A DNA stretch of 42,176 bases from Saprospiraceae bacterium (GTDB lineage: Bacteria; Bacteroidota; Bacteroidia; Chitinophagales; Saprospiraceae). This document shows, piece by piece, positions 40,826 to 42,176 of this stretch; position 1 is the stretch's first letter; each line of letters starts with the position of its first letter. The notes beneath the pieces were generated by a model. That model searched no databases and was not told where the DNA came from. It saw only the letters and a list, made by a program, of their open reading frames with translations. The translations under genes and the position numbers were made by a program. Location of the stretch: NCBI GenBank assembly GCA_043744475.1, contig JAYTUR010000962.1, positions 1 through 42,176 of the forward strand, in the 5' to 3' direction.

Positions 40826-41329
40826 TTATTTCTCCTCTTTTTTGGTTGGCGTTAGGTCAATGAATTGACTGAATACTTTTTTGAAACCGCCCAGAATATC
40901 CGTTCCGGTCAAGGTGAAAATATTCTCTTTGAAGGACAAAAATTCGGTGAAACAGATGGACGCAGCGACGATTTCCACCAACGGCACATTCGGCATAATA
41001 CCGCCCACATTTGGCTTAATGAACGCCGCATGTAACCAAGCAGCGGCTAAAATACCGAAAAAATAGACGAAAAATTTTTCAATGGTGCGATAAAAACCAC
41101 GACTTGTGATGGCTTCGCCCCGCTTTTTGGCGGCGAGCATACCCGAAATGGCATCCGCCACCGTTAAAAAAGCGGAGAGTAGTATGAAATCTTTGATGGG
41201 CATGAGAAATGATATCGCCCAGCTCATGCCTACGATAAAAACCACTTTGTCGTAGGTCGTTTCCCATAATTTTTCGAGAATGGATATCATGTTATGTTGT
41301 TTGGCTTTGTTTTTGGTTACGTAATCCAT
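40826..41329 (-). CDS. Holin (Phage_holin_4-like membrane protein)
   Basis: Three or four hydrophobic helices and the motif TVADAISGMLAAKKRGEAITSRG. Adjacent to the endolysin. Confidence 0.7.
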   Translation of the reverse strand: MDYVTKNKAKQHNMISILEKLWETTYDKVVFIVGMSWAISFLMPIKDFILLSAFLTVADAISGMLAAKKRGEAITSRGFYRTIEKFFVYFFGILAAAWLHAAFIKPNVGGIMPNVPLVEIVAASICFTEFLSFKENIFTLTGTDILGGFKKVFSQFIDLTPTKKEEK

Positions 41330-41453
41330 TACAGTTGTTTTTTTGCGGCGGGGCGACCCAGATATATCCGCCGTCGTTTGTACCGCCTCCCGTGTTTAAT
41401 TTATTCATTTTTTTTGTTTTTGTTTCAAGATATGTTCAAGTCGTAGCAATGAG

Positions 41454-42020
41454 CTACCCTTTTCTTTTTTCGATTTCTAAACTCGCCCAATTCCGCCAAT
41501 CTTTGCAGCGATTAAGCCACCCTTCAAGAAATTTTTTTTGCGTGGCATCACGCTTGACAATGCTGTTGAGGTATGCGATGCGGGCATCCATAATCCTATC
41601 TATCATTTTTTGTGTACCTATTGTTTTTGTCGCGCTGTTAATTGCATCAATGGAAATGTTGCCAAAAATGTTATCATCTACCACCCGATAGCCCATTTTT
41701 TGCAAAAGTTGTTGCATCTCACGCTTTCCAAATTGCGAATTGAAAGCAAAATCAAAACACACCGCCGCCACAATGTTGTCAATGATGCGATGACAATTGA
41801 TGTAATTGAACGAGTACGTGTAAAAAGCCCGGACCTGTTCAACTGTTAGTTTTTTAAAGCCGTCGGCGGTGGGCTTCATGTTCAGCACTTTTTTGCACAG
41901 TGCGTAGTAATAATCAATTGTAATCCCATCATTCGTCATCCCGCCTTTGTCGGCATCGTCATTCGAGATTCCTTTCTCTTTTTCCCATTTGTAGACTTGT
42001 TGAAAAACAGATTCCAGCAT
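41454..42020 (-). CDS. Endolysin, GH108-like muramidase with a PG_binding_3-like C-terminal domain
   Basis: VYKWEKEKGISNDDADKGGMTNDGIT. The track's TTG start at 42089 would span the predicted promoter; ATG 42018..42020 (MLESVFQQ) is preferred. Confidence 0.8.
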   Translation of the reverse strand: MLESVFQQVYKWEKEKGISNDDADKGGMTNDGITIDYYYALCKKVLNMKPTADGFKKLTVEQVRAFYTYSFNYINCHRIIDNIVAAVCFDFAFNSQFGKREMQQLLQKMGYRVVDDNIFGNISIDAINSATKTIGTQKMIDRIMDARIAYLNSIVKRDATQKKFLEGWLNRCKDWRNWASLEIEKRKG

Positions 42021-42050
42021 TTTGAATAAAATTTTAAAAAATTGTATATG

Positions 42051-42086
42051 CAAAATTACGATGACACCCCTTTTTATTTCGGACAA
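42051..42086 (-). promoter_or_regulatory. Late promoter-like module M1 (upstream of endolysin)
   Basis: Minus strand TTGTCCGAAATAAAAAGGGGTGTCATCGTAATTTTG. TAATTTTG is a TAnnTTTG box, 30 nt from the ATG. Confidence 0.5.
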
Positions 42087-42087
42087 C

Positions 42088-42121
42088 AAAAAAAGCGACC
42101 CTCTCAGTAAAGGGTGGTCGC
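42088..42121 (-). terminator. Terminator preceding M1
   Basis: Hairpin GCGACC..GGTCGC (42095..42121) with a motif variant in the loop. U7 on the minus strand. Confidence 0.65.
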
Positions 42122-42176
42122 TTTCATCTTTATAAAATGTCGAAAATCAATTATTTTCTACAAAATCACCTTTCCT

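Larger units (their letters stand above)
1..42176. mobile_element. Segment of a temperate tailed-phage genome (Bacteroidetes-like host signals) carrying lysogeny, replication, lysis, head and tail modules
   Basis: Integrase, XRE repressor/Cro-like divergent pair, primase-helicase, ClpP-like protease, capsid, tape measure, fibres, holin and endolysin are all present. Almost all genes are on the minus strand. No GGAGG-type RBS precedes starts, and TAnnTTTG boxes are frequent. Confidence 0.85.

Noticed and set aside
41292-41408. 38-aa minus-strand ORF (MNKLNTGGGTNDGGYIWVAPPQKNNCNGLRNQKQSQTT) in the endolysin-holin gap; possible spanin or antiholin.
   Set aside because: It is too short and low-complexity, overlaps the holin start by 38 nt, and has no TM or lipobox signal. 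It cannot be supported from sequence alone.
1-42176. Circular closure of the window. The left-edge ORF continues in frame into the right edge (..CIE+RKGDFVENN*), followed by the terminator at 42088..42121.
   Set aside because: All three frames at the right edge hit a stop within about 30 nt, so the frame match is uninformative. The absence of a terminase argues that the window is not a complete genome.

Overview
The window reads as most of a temperate tailed-phage genome with Bacteroidetes-type signals. There is no Shine-Dalgarno sequence upstream of starts, TAnnTTTG -7 boxes are common, and several signal peptides end in AQ/GQ. Nearly all genes are on the minus strand. From high to low coordinates the order is: endolysin and holin; a ClpP-like prohead protease, capsid and a portal-like gene; a run of uncharacterised virion genes; tape measure; three fibre genes; and a papain-like peptidase. 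A plus-strand lysogeny block follows (XRE repressor, two exported proteins, tyrosine integrase). After it comes a leftward early block with a Cro-like HTH protein, a membrane HEAGH peptidase, an HNH endonuclease, a primase-helicase and an iteron-type origin. The integrase has phage genes on both sides, so the att site looks unrecombined (attP form). No terminase is recognisable in the window. Six observations go beyond the gene list. (1) The 10/11-mer TACTGAGGGG(G) occurs 20 times exactly and about 6 times with one mismatch, often at stop codons, in terminators and in promoter-like modules. (2) Two paralogous cassettes share a 37/37-identical promoter, a ~165-170 nt structured RNA ending in an intrinsic terminator, and a small ORF. 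Each has a three-way complementary switch that is conserved by covariation. (3) Six terminator-plus-promoter modules with fixed 36-nt geometry precede the late operons. (4) A canonical -1 slippery heptamer, CCCAAAC, would extend a 188-aa structural protein across an otherwise unexplained coding-like gap. (5) A heptanucleotide-periodic hairpin lies after the capsid gene. (6) There are several low-GC moron islands. All functional calls come from reading motifs by eye; no database search was run.
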